Shown here in pieces: positions 39,400-52,229 of a stretch of 64,000 nt of DNA. A program made the position numbers and the translations under genes. The notes beneath the pieces were generated by a model. It did no database searches. It was not told the DNA's origin and worked only from the letters and a program-made list of their open reading frames with translations. This DNA comes from Lama guanicoe (Eukaryota): the NCBI GenBank assembly GCA_013239625.1, contig MU054187.1:8947231-9011230 (forward strand), given 5' to 3'. Position 1 is the first letter of the stretch. Each line of letters starts with the position of its first letter.

Positions 39400-40820
39400 A
39401 CAGCAAGGGATCGTTTGTGTCTCCCCAGGTGAAGTGAAAAGATCTCACAGTGCAGAAGGAATCAGGGTGAATCCCCAGCAGAGCATCCCCTTAGTAGTGG
39501 TGATATCACAGAACACAGGCTGCTTTGGAGTCACTCTACAAAGCCTAAATGCGAGTCTTGAAAAAATCAAACCAATCCCAAGTAACCTACCTACAAGCAA
39601 GAACAGGCTGAAGAATACTTGTAAGGATACCAAAAAATCCAAACCCCAAACCCCAAAATCTGTCTGGCATCTGATTAAAAGTGGCCAGGCATGAAAAGCA
39701 GCAGGAAAATATGACCCATAATCAGGAGGGAAAAAGGTCAATAGAAATAGACCTAGACATGACAGAGGTGAAATTAGAAAACAAGAACACAAAAACAGCT
39801 ATTATAAATACATTCCACATGTTCAAGGACGAGTAGGAAGACATAACATGGAGGCGGGGAAGAAATGAAAGACATTAAAAAGACCCAAATGTAACTTCTA
39901 GAGACTAAAAACATAATGTCTAAAATGAAAAGCACACTGGGGAGGATTAATAGCAGATTAGATACTACAGATAAGAAGATCAATGAACTTTAAAATGTAG
40001 CAACAGAAAACTACTCAAAATTCAGAATTGAGAAGGAGGGGAAAAAAAACTTAAAGAAAAAAAAAAAAAAGGAACAGTGCAATAGTGACCTGTGGGACAA
40101 CGTGAGCCTAACACACACATAACTGGAGTCTCAGGAGAGGAGTGCGAATGAGGGAAAAAAAGTTGAAAAAATAATGCATGACAGTTTCCCCAAAGTGATG
40201 AAAACTACAGGTCCAAGATCCAATAAATTCCAAGCAAAACAAGAACAAACAAAAACACAGCATAAAGAAAGCCATCCATATCAAGCACATAACAATCACT
40301 TGCTGAAGACCAGTGATTAAGTCACAAAAATAGCAGGAAAAAGGCTTAAATGTTACATCGAGAGGAACAAAGATAAGAACCACCGGTCTTACTAGAAATA
40401 ATCTGAGCCAGACGGCGAAACAACACTTTGGAACGCACCGGGCAAAAAAGCCACCAGCAAACCGGCATTACAGAAAAGCGTTCAAGTTCTCCAGGCAGAA
40501 AATAAAAGACACCATTAGAAACATGAATCTGTGCTAAGAAGTGAAGAACACCAGAAAAGGTAAATGTGACAGTAAATATAAAGTAAACTTGATTTTTAAA
40601 ATTTTAATCTTTTAAAAGATAATGGTTTAGAGCAAAAAAATACTGTAGATTTTTAACATACACAGAAGTAAAACGTATGACAAAAAATAGCACAAAGGAT
40701 GGGAGGATATGGAAATATAACGCTGTATGATTCTTACATTATATGTGAAGCATGTGATTTACTTAAAAGTAGACTGTGACAAGTTAAACCTAGAGCAACT
40801 GCTAAAAAATTAAAAACGAA
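39400..40820 (+). mobile_element. Old L1 5'/ORF1-region relic
   Basis: A-rich degenerate ORF1-like sequence (agcagattagatactacagataagaagatcaatgaact; gacctgtgggacaac). Confidence 0.65.
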
Positions 40821-41784
40821 AAGGTTTCTTTCTTCTTATCCTTGTTGCAATTCTCACTGAAGTAGGACCCAAACTAGGGGCCATGCAAATTCTCCCATTT
40901 GTTACTACCAGTCACTCACATCAGTGTCAGTTCTGCCTATCAGACTTCATTCTGTGAAGGTAACATAGGAAATCTGCATTATGTAGTTTGATTTTCAAAA
41001 AGGAAAAAAAGCCTGTATTATTTTTCTGTATGTACTTGTGAAATTAGACTAAATGGGAAATGATCATGGGTCCTTAAGTAAAGGACGAGTTTTAAATTTT
41101 CTATTGCATTAATTTTCATTTAAACTCCGTTATGAAAATTTTAGAAGACACAAATTATACAAAGTGTGTGGTCACCCCATGTACCCACCATTCAGCTTCA
41201 ACAATTCGGTAATTGTTGGCAATCTCGCTTCATCCATCTCCCCTGCCGCTAACCACGCTGGAGCACTTACAGCAAATCTCAAGAGGACGTATAATTCCAT
41301 TTGTAAATACTTCAGCACATCCCTAAGAAATTAATGGGTCTTTCTAGTTAACTTAATGATAATACTATTAGAATACTATGCAAAAGCAATTATGGTTTTT
41401 TAATATCTACTGTCCTGTCTATATTTATTTCAAGCTATCTACAAATGTATTTTCGGTTGATTTGTTCAAATCAGGATTCAAATCAGTTCCACATATTACA
41501 CCTGGTTTAATATGTCTCTTAAGTCTCTCTTAGTCTATAATAGTTACTGCTACTCTCCTACACCTCAACTGCTTTTTTTTTTTTAATGAAATTTATTGTT
41601 CACAGACCTGGATTATTTGTCCTCCAGAAATGATCACTTTCTGGATTTGCCTGACTGTCTGGTATTATTCTTTAACATGTTTCTCTAGTCCCCTCATTTC
41701 CCACAATATGGTAGTTCCTTCTGCATTAGTTATGATCCTGTATATGTTCTCTTTTCCTCACCTTTTCCTTTCCGTCTTATATTA

Positions 41785-42225
41785 AAACGAGTGCCATGCC
41801 CATCTACTGATGAATGGATAGACAGAATACGGCACAGCCATGCAATGGACTGTTATTCACCCATAAAGGGGAATGCAGTACCTTGCAGCTACCGTGTGGA
41901 TGAACCTTGAAAGCATTATGCTCAGTGAAAAAAGTCACAAAGACCACGTATTATATGATTTTATTTATTAAAGATCTATAGGCACTTTTGCTGGCATAGG
42001 CAAATATAAAGAGACAGAAAGTCATGGCTGCTTAGGGAAGGCGGGTGGGGACTGAGGAGAAATAGGGAAAGAGCAGTTTCTTGCTGAGGTGATGGAAGTG
42101 TTCTAGAACTGACTGTGGTGATGGTTGCACGACTCTGTAAACATACTAAAATCCACGGAATTGCATACTTTAGGTAAATTATATGGTACATGATTTACAT
42201 CTGAATAAAGCTGTTACAAAACAAA
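41785..42225 (+). mobile_element. Old L1 3' end (L1MB/ME-like)
   Basis: gatgaatggata...atgaaccttgaaagcattatgctcagtgaaa...aataaagctgtt. Confidence 0.75.
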
Positions 42226-42555
42226 ACAGTAAGTGCCTCTTTAATGTGAGTGTTTTTCTGTACTGTTATGATTTAACCCTTAAGATTTCTTAAGTGAAAA
42301 AAGGAAGTTGCAGAACATTCCACACACATGGTATCCTATGATTTGTGTCAAAAAATAAAAATACAGTGTGCTACCACTTGTATAAAAGGACTCTACACAT
42401 ACATATATGTTTGCACATACAAAAATACATCCAAACTTATCATTATTTCCTCTACAGTTACTTTTAACTTTTTACCATGTCATCTAATACTTTTTCAAAT
42501 TCTCCTTTACTGCAAAATTATAACACCAAGACTGAGGTTCCTAAAGGCAACTTAC

Positions 42556-42738
42556 CAGCAAAGCTGAGTGGACAACAGGGGGGTTGGGATGGTCCATAAA
42601 TAAAATAAGGCCGGGCAGACATCCCTGATCCTGGACGATGGCTCTTCGATTTAATGGATCTGCTGCCAGATCCCGCAGCTGGTTCACCACCGAGAGCGCA
42701 TCAGGTTCTTCATTCATGGTGGAGGAAGAGGAATTCAT
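42556..42738 (-). CDS. ARMC1: ARMC1 first coding exon (exon 2; whole exon 42556-42776), aa 1-61
   Basis: Translates [61 protein letters not shown], recognised as the ARMC1 N-terminus. Donor CTG|gtaagt at 42555; acceptor ctttctacag| ending at 42777. Confidence 0.97.
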
Positions 42739-43958
42739 CTTCTATGCCACACACATGAACAAAAGCTTCTTAAATTCTGTAGAAAGGTTTTGCAAAATTA
42801 GTTCTAAGCTGCTGAGGTATGTTACGGCATTTGTTAAATAATCAGAATTATAACACCTTCAGGAAAAAACAGATGAATCTAAATCACACAGAAACTTAAG
42901 AATTGGCAATTCCAGTTTGAGAAAAGTAAAATGAACATAAGAAGCTGACTTTAAAAAAAAAGTTATTTATGTGTGCACAGTGTTTAAAGAACATATGCCA
43001 TCTTCATTATTCCAACAAGTTTCTTTTTAGCAGTACATATTTTAACACAAAGTCACAATAAACAAGAGCTTTACAGTTTAAGCTTATAACCTTTGCTACA
43101 CTTCTCAACCTGCAACGCTGCCAATGCTCCTTTCCGCTAGAACATTTCTGGAGCCTAAGACAAGTGCCTCAGAGAAAATGGCTAGCAGACAGCTTTTTTC
43201 TTATTCTTCAGTGAACAAAACCCAGTCTACTGGGTTTACAGAAGATAAAATCCCCTTAGAAAAAGGAGGGAGTCAAAGAAGGTCATGAACAAAGAAGCCA
43301 AAAAGGGTATCTTGCCCTGTGCCTCAGGCCAGTGAAGTCTGGGAGACCAGGGTGAATCTGAATGGAATCTAAGCACACCTGTCCCCCGGAGTGTGTCACT
43401 CTCAGAAGAATGAAACAGAACCTGAGGTGAGGAATTCATCTGGCAGCTAAGCAAACAGTCACAGAGAAGTTAAGTAACTTGCCCCAGGTGACAAAAGGTA
43501 GTTAGTATAGAACTGGGCTAAAACCTTATTTACTATCTCCTAAACTGGTCAGCAGTCTTTACACTTCCCATATCTTCCTTTTAAATTCAGCACACTCTTT
43601 TCCCATAAAAGCAAGATATTTTAGAAAATGTAACACGATAAACATATACAAAAACCAAAATACAAAATATCAAGGAACAATCCTCATATAGGCATAAAGT
43701 TAAAAACAGTAACTCCATTAACCAAACTACACATTATATTTCTTCTCAGAAGAATGTAAAGGTATAAATACTCTCATCAAATTAATGAGTTAGTTTAACG
43801 CTAATTACAGAAACAATGCTAACTGGGGGAGGAGGGCTGGGAACACAATTATTCTGTAACTCTAGAAAGGCTATTCAAGTTATTGGAGGGGTGGGGGAAA
43901 GCAAGCAGAAATGGCTTCCCCATGTACTGAAATACACAAAGATACAGAGAGTAAAGCA

Positions 43959-44018
43959 GTGGTAGTGGTGGTGGTGGTGGTGGGTGGTGATGGTGGTGGT
44001 GGGTGGTGGGTGGTGGGG
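43959..44018. repeat. Imperfect (GGT)n microsatellite in ARMC1 intron 1
   Basis: gtggtagtggtggtggtggtggtgggtggtgatggtggtggtgggtggtgggtggtgggg. Confidence 0.9.
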
Positions 44019-45949
44019 CAGTAGCTGAGAGATACTTCTCCCAGGAAAGTCGTTTATACATTAGTTTAAGAAAGCAGGCTCTCAGTGAGACAAACCCAGG
44101 CTCCACCACTTGGCAAATGTGATTTTAGGCAGATAACTTAAACTCTTGGTCTTAGTTTCTTCATCTATAAAATGGGACGAATCATAGCAGCTATCAAATG
44201 GATATTACCTGCCAAATACTATCGTGTTAAAGCCTTGTTTTCTCTGAGTCCTTTATTTCGCATTTGCTTGAAAATTCAAAAATTTTCAAGTATTTTATCT
44301 GGGTTTTTTTCCACAGGTGTTGTGAGTTAAGATCCTATGCAGTGGTTTTTAATTGCTTATAAGTTATATCAATACCATTTCTTGAATAATCTACTATTTT
44401 CCATTGATGTTTGACTCCATGTAACTTACAACTGTTACTGAGCATTTACAATGTGCCAAGTACACTAAGCCTTTTACATGTATTAATGGATAGTATTTGG
44501 CATGGAAGTTTCTCAAAATGGAAACAGTTACTTAGGCAACTTAAAAAAGGATTTAAAAAAAAAGCAATAGACTGCACAGAGCGAAGATTAAAGGGTTTGG
44601 GGGCAAGTTGCCTCTTAGGTACAACATCCTCAATATCCCTGTTTACAAACCAGCTTACTCATGAGCTTTTTATGTGCTATCACCAGCACAAATCCTATCC
44701 AAAAGTGGAATCTGCAGAACCTATCACTGGCCCAAAGGCCCAAGAATAGAGTCGCATTTAAGAACTAAATATCATAGATGATAGTCTTTTGCACACAATA
44801 CTGGCCTTGGACCTGGAGAGCTCCATTCTCATCTAAGGGGTACTTAGAAAACTTAGTAGGAATGAGTCTGAAAAGTTATGGCCTTTCCTGCTTCTCTGGG
44901 GTGAACCAAAGGCAAGAGTTAAAACTTCCAACCTTACCAGTCCACTGACTAGGAGCAGGCTCAAATTAGCATCTGCCAGGAAAAAGTAGAGAATAACGTA
45001 AGGTATACCTTTTAATTTCTCTTTTATTTAGCTTAATGTGGACAAATAAATCATTATAAGACCATGAACGCACCCCAAACTCTAACAAGAACTCTGGTCA
45101 CCTAAGGGATCTTATTTATATATATATAAAAAAAAAAAAAAGCCAGCAGGCCAGGTGAGGCCTGAGAGTCTGCACTGCCAACAAGCTCCCAGGTGAGGTC
45201 TATCTATGCCGCTAGTCAGGGAACCACTTTGGGAAGCTAGGAGTTCGCTGATGTGAGGCACCTGTATAATTAGGCAGCTGCCTGAAAGATGTGCTTTCAG
45301 CCAAGATTTACCACTCAACAGAATTATTTAGCTCTTACATGCATAGTTAAATATAACAAATACACAGAGCCGCAGAAATTACACACTCAAAACCTAAGTT
45401 CACACCCAGTTAGGCGAGTTTTAAAAAGTAACGTTAAGCATTGACACCAGACCTGGCTTTCCCTTTACTAGCAACTAACTGTAACTCTTTGAGAAGTTGG
45501 GTTACCTCCTTTGAGCCTCAGTTTCGTCTCATAACAATCCTGAGGGGTTGTCAGGATCAAAGAAAATAAAAACTTGAGATGGTGTTAAGAGTACCAGCAA
45601 CTGTCAAACAAGAACAATACCTGAGACAGCGGGGACTCCTATTCGGCCAGGTGTTGGGGTACACTCTGCACTACCCTCAGACATCAGTTCACTACCACGA
45701 AAGGAGGTGCTACATGCAAGAACGCCAAGAACAGTTTTTAAAATACAGAGACGTGAACATTGGCCTCGCCTGAATGAAGCCAAACACAACCATGTGCTGC
45801 TCTTAATAGACACGCAGGTTGCACAAAACTAATAGTTAACAAAGAACAACCTGGAGAGATGAAGAAGGGAGATGACAGCCATCAGTAATTCCAGGGTTCG
45901 TAAAAATCGGAAGTAGAGAAGATAGGGGGTAAATGAACAAAGCGAACAT

Positions 45950-46620
45950 TTTCACAGGACACAGGGGAGCAAGGCGCTTTAAAACGCCGGGGGGGAAGCA
46001 CTGCTGGGTCCTGAGAAGACAGGCAGAGCGCCCCTGCTCAGGCCGACTCGCCGACTGGCTGCCGGGGCCGCCTTCTGCGGCCTTCCCGGCTCCACCGCTT
46101 TGTCTGCCGCCCCGGGACCCTACATACCGCTCCAGCGCTTTAGGAGTCCAGAGCCTGCCGCAGCATCAAGGCCACACCAACGAACGAAGTAGAGGGATCC
46201 TGGAGGCACGGAGCAGGTCCCTCCGTTCGGAGCCGCGGGCTCAGCGACGGCAAACGACCATACTGCCTCTAAGAGCCAGAGACCGAGGGCGCTGGCGGGG
46301 AAAGACTCTACGGACTCTCCCCCGTGACCCAGGCGCATCCGCCGGTTGTGCCCTCCCATTGGCTGATACCATTCCAAAGCGAGGAAAAGACATCCAATCC
46401 GCGAAGGCCTTCTTAGACTAAAGCGTTCATTGGTGACCAAGGGAGATGCCCGAAGTATTGAACCAGAAGGCCCAATGAGAACCCAGGAAAACTGAATTGG
46501 CCCAAACGACTCTCCGTCCATTAAGCGCTGAGCAGTGGAACTTGATTCCAGCTGAGACGCTTCCCGGACTACAATTCCCAGCTTTCCCGCGCTGGAGGGG
46601 CGCTTCCACTCCTACGTTCA
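45950..46620 (-). promoter_or_regulatory. ARMC1 CpG-island promoter with five CCAAT boxes and an ACTACAATTCCCA (ZNF143/THAP11-associated) motif
   Basis: High CpG density; ATTGG/CCAAT at 46358, 46394, 46429, 46472, 46496; GGACTACAATTCCCAGC at 46566-46582. Confidence 0.85.
46128..46320 (-). other. ARMC1: ARMC1 non-coding exon 1 (5' end approximate)
   Basis: Lies in the CpG island 3.4 kb upstream of exon 2; donor GCG|gtatgt at 46127. The TSS cannot be fixed from sequence. Confidence 0.7.
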
Positions 46621-48479
46621 GAAATTCGAATTGAACTCTTCTCTAGCAGCTCTTTCAGTTCCAATAGAGTAGTTTCGTAGTATTCGCTTCTGTGAGAACC
46701 TTAAAAAAAAAAATTTTTTTTGCGATTTTACTAAGAACATTAGCACTGTCTTCCAAGCAGCGCGAAGGTCGCAAAGTAGTTTTTTGTTTTAAATAAAAAC
46801 TTTTTGGAACGATTTTTTTTTTCCTTCTTGTAAAGGAAACAGACGACTAGAGAGAATATTCTCCAGTTCGTGAAGAAGTATTGTAAAAATATCGTCTGCT
46901 TAGTTCATCAAAGTAAGTGTTTAAATAGTTGTTTTATCGACGACAGTCACTTAAGTTTTTGTTTTCTTTAGGTATAGATTTTTTTTAATATTTGTCTAAA
47001 TATAAGTGTAATCTAAATCCCACAGGACAGTCTGAGAATACGCTTCTATTGTATTAAATAACCTCTCTGGATAGATTCCAGATTTTCTTCCACAGTTTGA
47101 TTCCGCTACGTAGCTCATCTATTAAAATCAGAAGGAATTTGAGAGGCCTCTAATGGGGAAAGACTGTGAGTGAGAATAAGTGTCCCGAGCTGTATTCTGT
47201 GCTAATGTCTCCAGTACTTTGATTCATCTGAAAGTGAATTTACAAACCAACGATTTTACTTATGTTCAAATTTCTTTGCCTTCCCTTATCCTTGGTTATC
47301 TTTCTCTTTTTTCTAATAAACTCAAGAAGAAACAATCTCTTTCACAACATTTGACCTATAGCAACAAGGTGTGTTTTCTGCTTCCCAAAGACAAAAGAGG
47401 GCATGGTGGTAAGTGAACAGAGTCCAAAATAAAAAGAAAAAAGAGATGATGCATAATGTTCAGTGGTAGAAGCACTAGCCTCATTAGTAACAATTAACTA
47501 GACCATTAACTGCTGGAACTGAAAAAAAAAAAGAGAAAGAGACAGAGAGAAATGAAAAAAAGAATCATAAATGTAGAAAGCTATAAGAAAGTAAATATGA
47601 GAAGTCCAAAGGGCAGAGTCAGGTTAACCCATTTGACTGAGTGAATCAAATTTCATTCAGTATTGTTATTAAAAATAATAACCCAAGAAAATAAACTTGC
47701 TATTTTTGCTATGGTTAATTTGTATGTTAGAAAGGGAGGGGGGAGGATTTCCCGAACTAGTTATTGATGCCATAGCTCTATATGGTCAATAGTGTCTTTG
47801 TCTTTTAGAAGTTCACAGTCTAAAATTAAATAAAGTCATGTTTCTGACATTAAAGTATTCAGAAGACCAATTCTTCCTAGCAAACTGCCATTACAGAGAC
47901 TAGGTGACATTAAAAAGCAGGGGATGTATTCACAAAAAATAATTACCAGTTTCATAAGCACCTACAGATTACAAGCCACAGGAAAGTCTTTTAAGATTTT
48001 AAGAATTTATATCCCCATTTTAAAAACAAGAACTGGACACCGGTGACGGTACACTACCTGCCATCATGAGTCACTGCTTATGTTTAGCCTCAGATGTGTT
48101 ATAACAGGACACAGCTGGAACGTCGAGTTTCTCAGTGGCTGTGTTGCTTAAGACACATGAATCAGATATTGGCGGTTTCATTCATTCAATTATTTAACAA
48201 CCATTTCTGAAACACAATGTGCCAGAGACTGTGTTAGCAATGGATTCAAAGATAAGGAAAAACATAATCACTGCCTTCAAGGAGCTTATGGTCAAGTGCA
48301 GTAGTTTCCAAGTCTTTTTGATCAAGCACTCCTTTCAGCTTAAAAAGATTGTTTTTGAACACATAGCTCTGATATATGTATATGCATTTATTTATTCATA
48401 AGTTCTATACATATACCATCAAAATAATATGTAGACTTAAAAATATGTCAAAATAGAAAATGTTAAAGGATGAGGAATA

Positions 48480-49620
48480 AACAGAAGCACTGGCTGTCCA
48501 TCTGAATGAAAATAAAATTGTATCCATATATTACATCATTTACCAAAAAATTAAATTCCAGGTGAATTAGAAACTCAAGTGTAAAAAATAAAATATTAAA
48601 AATCCTTCAAGAAAATCTTGGCAATTACATATAGCAATGAAGAAGTATGGGAGACCTTAAACAAAAGTGGGAACCAAGAATTTAGAAAAAAGAAATGGAC
48701 ACATTTGACTAGTTTTAAAAAACAATTTTTTGTATAGAAAAAAGATACATAAGCAATGTTGATAGTTAATAGATTTGGGGGTAAATTTGTAACTCAGTGG
48801 GCGGATAGAGAATAACATCCAAAAGTTAATTACAAATTGTCAAGGGTGTAAACAACCTTATCAAAATTGGGTAAAAAAAATATATAAATTGGTACTTAAT
48901 CAAGAGAAAATCCATCTGGCCAATAAATATGAAAAGACATTTCAACTCACTTGTAATAAGGGAATGCAAATTAATATGACAAGGAGAAAAATCACTTGAT
49001 GCTTATCAGACTGACAAAAGTCGAAATGACACAAAGCTGCTGTTGGAGATAATGAGTAGGAAGAAGACTCTCAGATGTTGCTGTGAAAATGTAAATATTA
49101 CAGCCTTTTAGAAAGCTATCCAGCAAAATCAGTTACAAAAAATAGTATATATTGACCCAGAAATCCTGTTCTCAAGACTCTAAACCATAGAAATAAAAAG
49201 CACCAGTATATGGAAACATGAGAACAAAGATATTTATTGCAACAATGTTAATACTGGCCAAAAAAACCCAAAAAAACACCCACCAACACCACCAACAAAG
49301 TCCAACATCAAATGAATGCATATCAGTAGTGGGATGTTTTAGTAAATGATAGTATCTCTAGAGCCCATGGGCCATTATGAAAAACATATTAGAAAGTCAT
49401 TAAGAAAAGGAAATTAGAACTATAGGAAGAGACATTGAGGAACTTGCACAGTGTTAAGTGAAAAAAGTAAGATGCTTAAAAGTATGTATATTATCACCTG
49501 ATTTTTGAAAATAGTAACAAATCCTACCCTATACATGTTTATATATCTTTGTATGATATTGTATGATCATGGGAAAAATATAGAAAGATATAATCTAGGT
49601 TTTCAGCATATACTACCTGA
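48480..49620 (+). mobile_element. Old L1 ORF2 3' relic (L1ME-like)
   Basis: Degenerate L1 ORF2-like A-rich sequence (aaattccaggtgaattaga; gggaatgcaaattaa; gacccagaaatcct). Confidence 0.65.
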
Positions 49621-51577
49621 ATGAGTAGGCTAGGATCTGGGAGACTGGGAGCCCACCACGCAGAGAAAAGCTAAAAATAAATTAACTTTACTTGGGGTGG
49701 GGATGTAAATGTAGTTTTATATATAATGTGATAAATTTGCATTAGGTAAAATCATGTGTAAATGAAATAATATGTATTCAACAAAATCTATGTGTTAGAT
49801 TAAAAGGCAGAAGGGAATTTGGCAGTTCCGGGAAAGTACTTTTGCAAGTATAAGAGTGACAAACTGGGGATCACCAAACAGTTATATCCAAGGAGGATAT
49901 GTAAGGGGCAAGATAGGAGGCTGGTGGGGTAAGCAGCGAGCCCTACTCAGTGACTCAGTGTCTGGAGGACCTCGTTCCAGAAAGCTACCTTAGTGCCATG
50001 TGGTTCAGACAAATCTGAATTTGATCACTTGCTGGCTGTACGACTTTGTACTAGTCACTTTGCTGCTAAAGACCTCAGTCTCTGAAAAACAGAGATCACA
50101 GCACCTGCCTTCCAAGACTGCTGTGGGAATTAAATAAAACAGTGTAAGTCAGAGCACCTAGATCAGTATCTAGAAGATATTCTATAAATGTACATTTAGT
50201 CCCAAGTCTCTCTGTATAAAAATCTGCAATCTAGAAAAGATCTGATAAAAGCTAATTTATAATGATAAAATTCATGAGTGCTTGAATACTAAGGAAAAAA
50301 AAAGACAAGAAAAAAAATCACTGGTCACCTTTAAAGAATTTGAAGGAACCAACTCAATTTTCTGAAAACTGCTAAATAAAAAGAGAAGTTAGCTTTGACC
50401 ACCTGTCCTGGAGCTAGACCTTCTAAACAGTTCCAGTCTCCCTTTGTCTTAAGTGCCCCTCACATGGGTTCTTCACTGCCCTACCCAGTGGTCTTTTACC
50501 AGCCAGGTTTTCCTGGATTCTAACTCACGACCTCTTGAGGCCCATTTGAGTGTGATGTATTTTCTGTAGACAGGCAATCAGAGGTGGCAAAAAGCAGAAC
50601 TAGAGAAAGGGTCTCGATTTCCAAGGAAGGTATTGTGTAAGACTTGCAGATTATTCAACCTGTCTCACCATATGAGATTTGTCATTAAACGTAATATGAG
50701 AAACAGACTGATGGACACATTTGGACATTTGTTTGTCCCCTATTTTACTAATATCTGGATCACAACCACATAAACTGACTGTTTGTCCTTCATTGGATTA
50801 TTAATTGGGCCCCTTGTGATAAGCCAGGAATTGCCCTTAGTACAGTCAGTTCTCAGGGCTACCTTTGAGGGTGGCTATTCTACCCACTGTGCAGGTCAGG
50901 AAATTGAGACCAAGGCAGGTTGGCTAGCTTGCCCAAGGCTGCACAGCTGGCAAGTGGCAGAGGCATATTTGAATATAGGTCTGTCTGACTTGGAAGCCCA
51001 CATTCTTTCTCCAACAGAATTCAGCCTGACCATCTGCCAATAAGAACAAATAGGAATCTGACCTTTCATTAAATCTCTACAAGGAAGCTGGCCCACAACT
51101 GGCCTTGGTCACTTTTCTATTGCCTAATATACACTTAATGATAAATCTCTTTGCCAAAATAATGGTATTATAATCCTTTAATTTCCTGTTAGGAGTCTGG
51201 AGGCATAGAAAGGTCAAGGGACTTTTTCAAGGCTTTACATTGAGTAAGAGTAAACTCTGTTTTTTTCCCTCTCTCCTCTATTCAATAAGTACTTCAACTG
51301 GCAGGTGAAGTTTCAGTTACTCTGGATTCTGCCAAGAAAGCTGGGCCATTAATTTTGGTAAAGAACTCCAGGATCAGATACACTAAAAAGAAAAGAAAAG
51401 GAAAGTCTATTTTCTTCTAAAATCCCCAAATGGATTGCCCTGTAACCTCTACATTTCTGAACTTATCCATGTAGAACAATCACCTAAGATTCTGGGAAGG
51501 GGCCTGAGCATATGTATTTTTAAACAAACTCCAGAGTGAAATTTAAGAACGACTGATCTCGTGGAAGAGTCAGAAAC

Positions 51578-52175
51578 TGTATTACTTATCTACTGCTTCC
51601 TAACAAATTACTCCAAAACGTAGCAACTTAACACAATAATCATTTACTATCTAGTCGTTTCTGTGCATTGAGGAATCAACATGTGGCTTAGCTGGATGTT
51701 CCTGGTTCAGGGTCTCTCACAAAGCTGTGGTCATGGTTGTCAGTGGGGCTGAAGTTATTTCAAGGCTCAAATGGGAGAGGGTCTTTTTCCAAGTTCACTC
51801 AGATGGCTGTTAGCAGGATTTGGCTTCTTACAGGCTGACGTAAGAAACCCAAGAAGGCCTTAGCTCCTTGCTGACTCTTGGTCAGAAGCCTCCCTCCGCT
51901 TCTTGCCTTGTGGGCCTCTCCATAGCATAGTTCACAATATGGCGGCTGGCCTCTCTCAGAGTGAGTGAAGGAGAGACCAGGAGAGAGCAAGCAAGATGGA
52001 AGCCACAATCTTTTTGTAACCTCATCTTGCAAATGATATCCCATCACTCTTGCTGTATTCTGTTCATTAGAAGGAAGTCACTAGGGCCAACCTACCCTCA
52101 AGGAGAGAAAATTACACAAGAGCATGAATATCAGACAGGGATCTTTGGGAGCCATCTTAGAGGCTGCCTGTCACA
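51578..52175. mobile_element. MaLR LTR (MLT1-like)
   Basis: Termini tgtattacttatctactgcttcctaacaaattactccaaaac ... gggagccatcttagaggctgcctgtcaca are characteristic of MLT1 LTRs. Confidence 0.75.
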
Positions 52176-52229
52176 GGGATGTAAAAATTAAAAAACAAGG
52201 TGGTAATATATGTCCATTAGGGGAGGCTA

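Noticed and set aside
43849..44109. Poly-Pro/His ORF resembling the MTFR1 proline-rich motif
   Set aside because: It is simply the translation of the (GGT)n microsatellite, on the wrong strand and in the wrong place for MTFR1.
45933..46521. 162-aa (+) and 133-aa (-) ORFs over the ARMC1 promoter
   Set aside because: CpG-island artefacts. The minus frame would splice in frame to the MCVA* uORF, but its ATG (46338) lies very close to the CCAAT array and probably upstream of the TSS.
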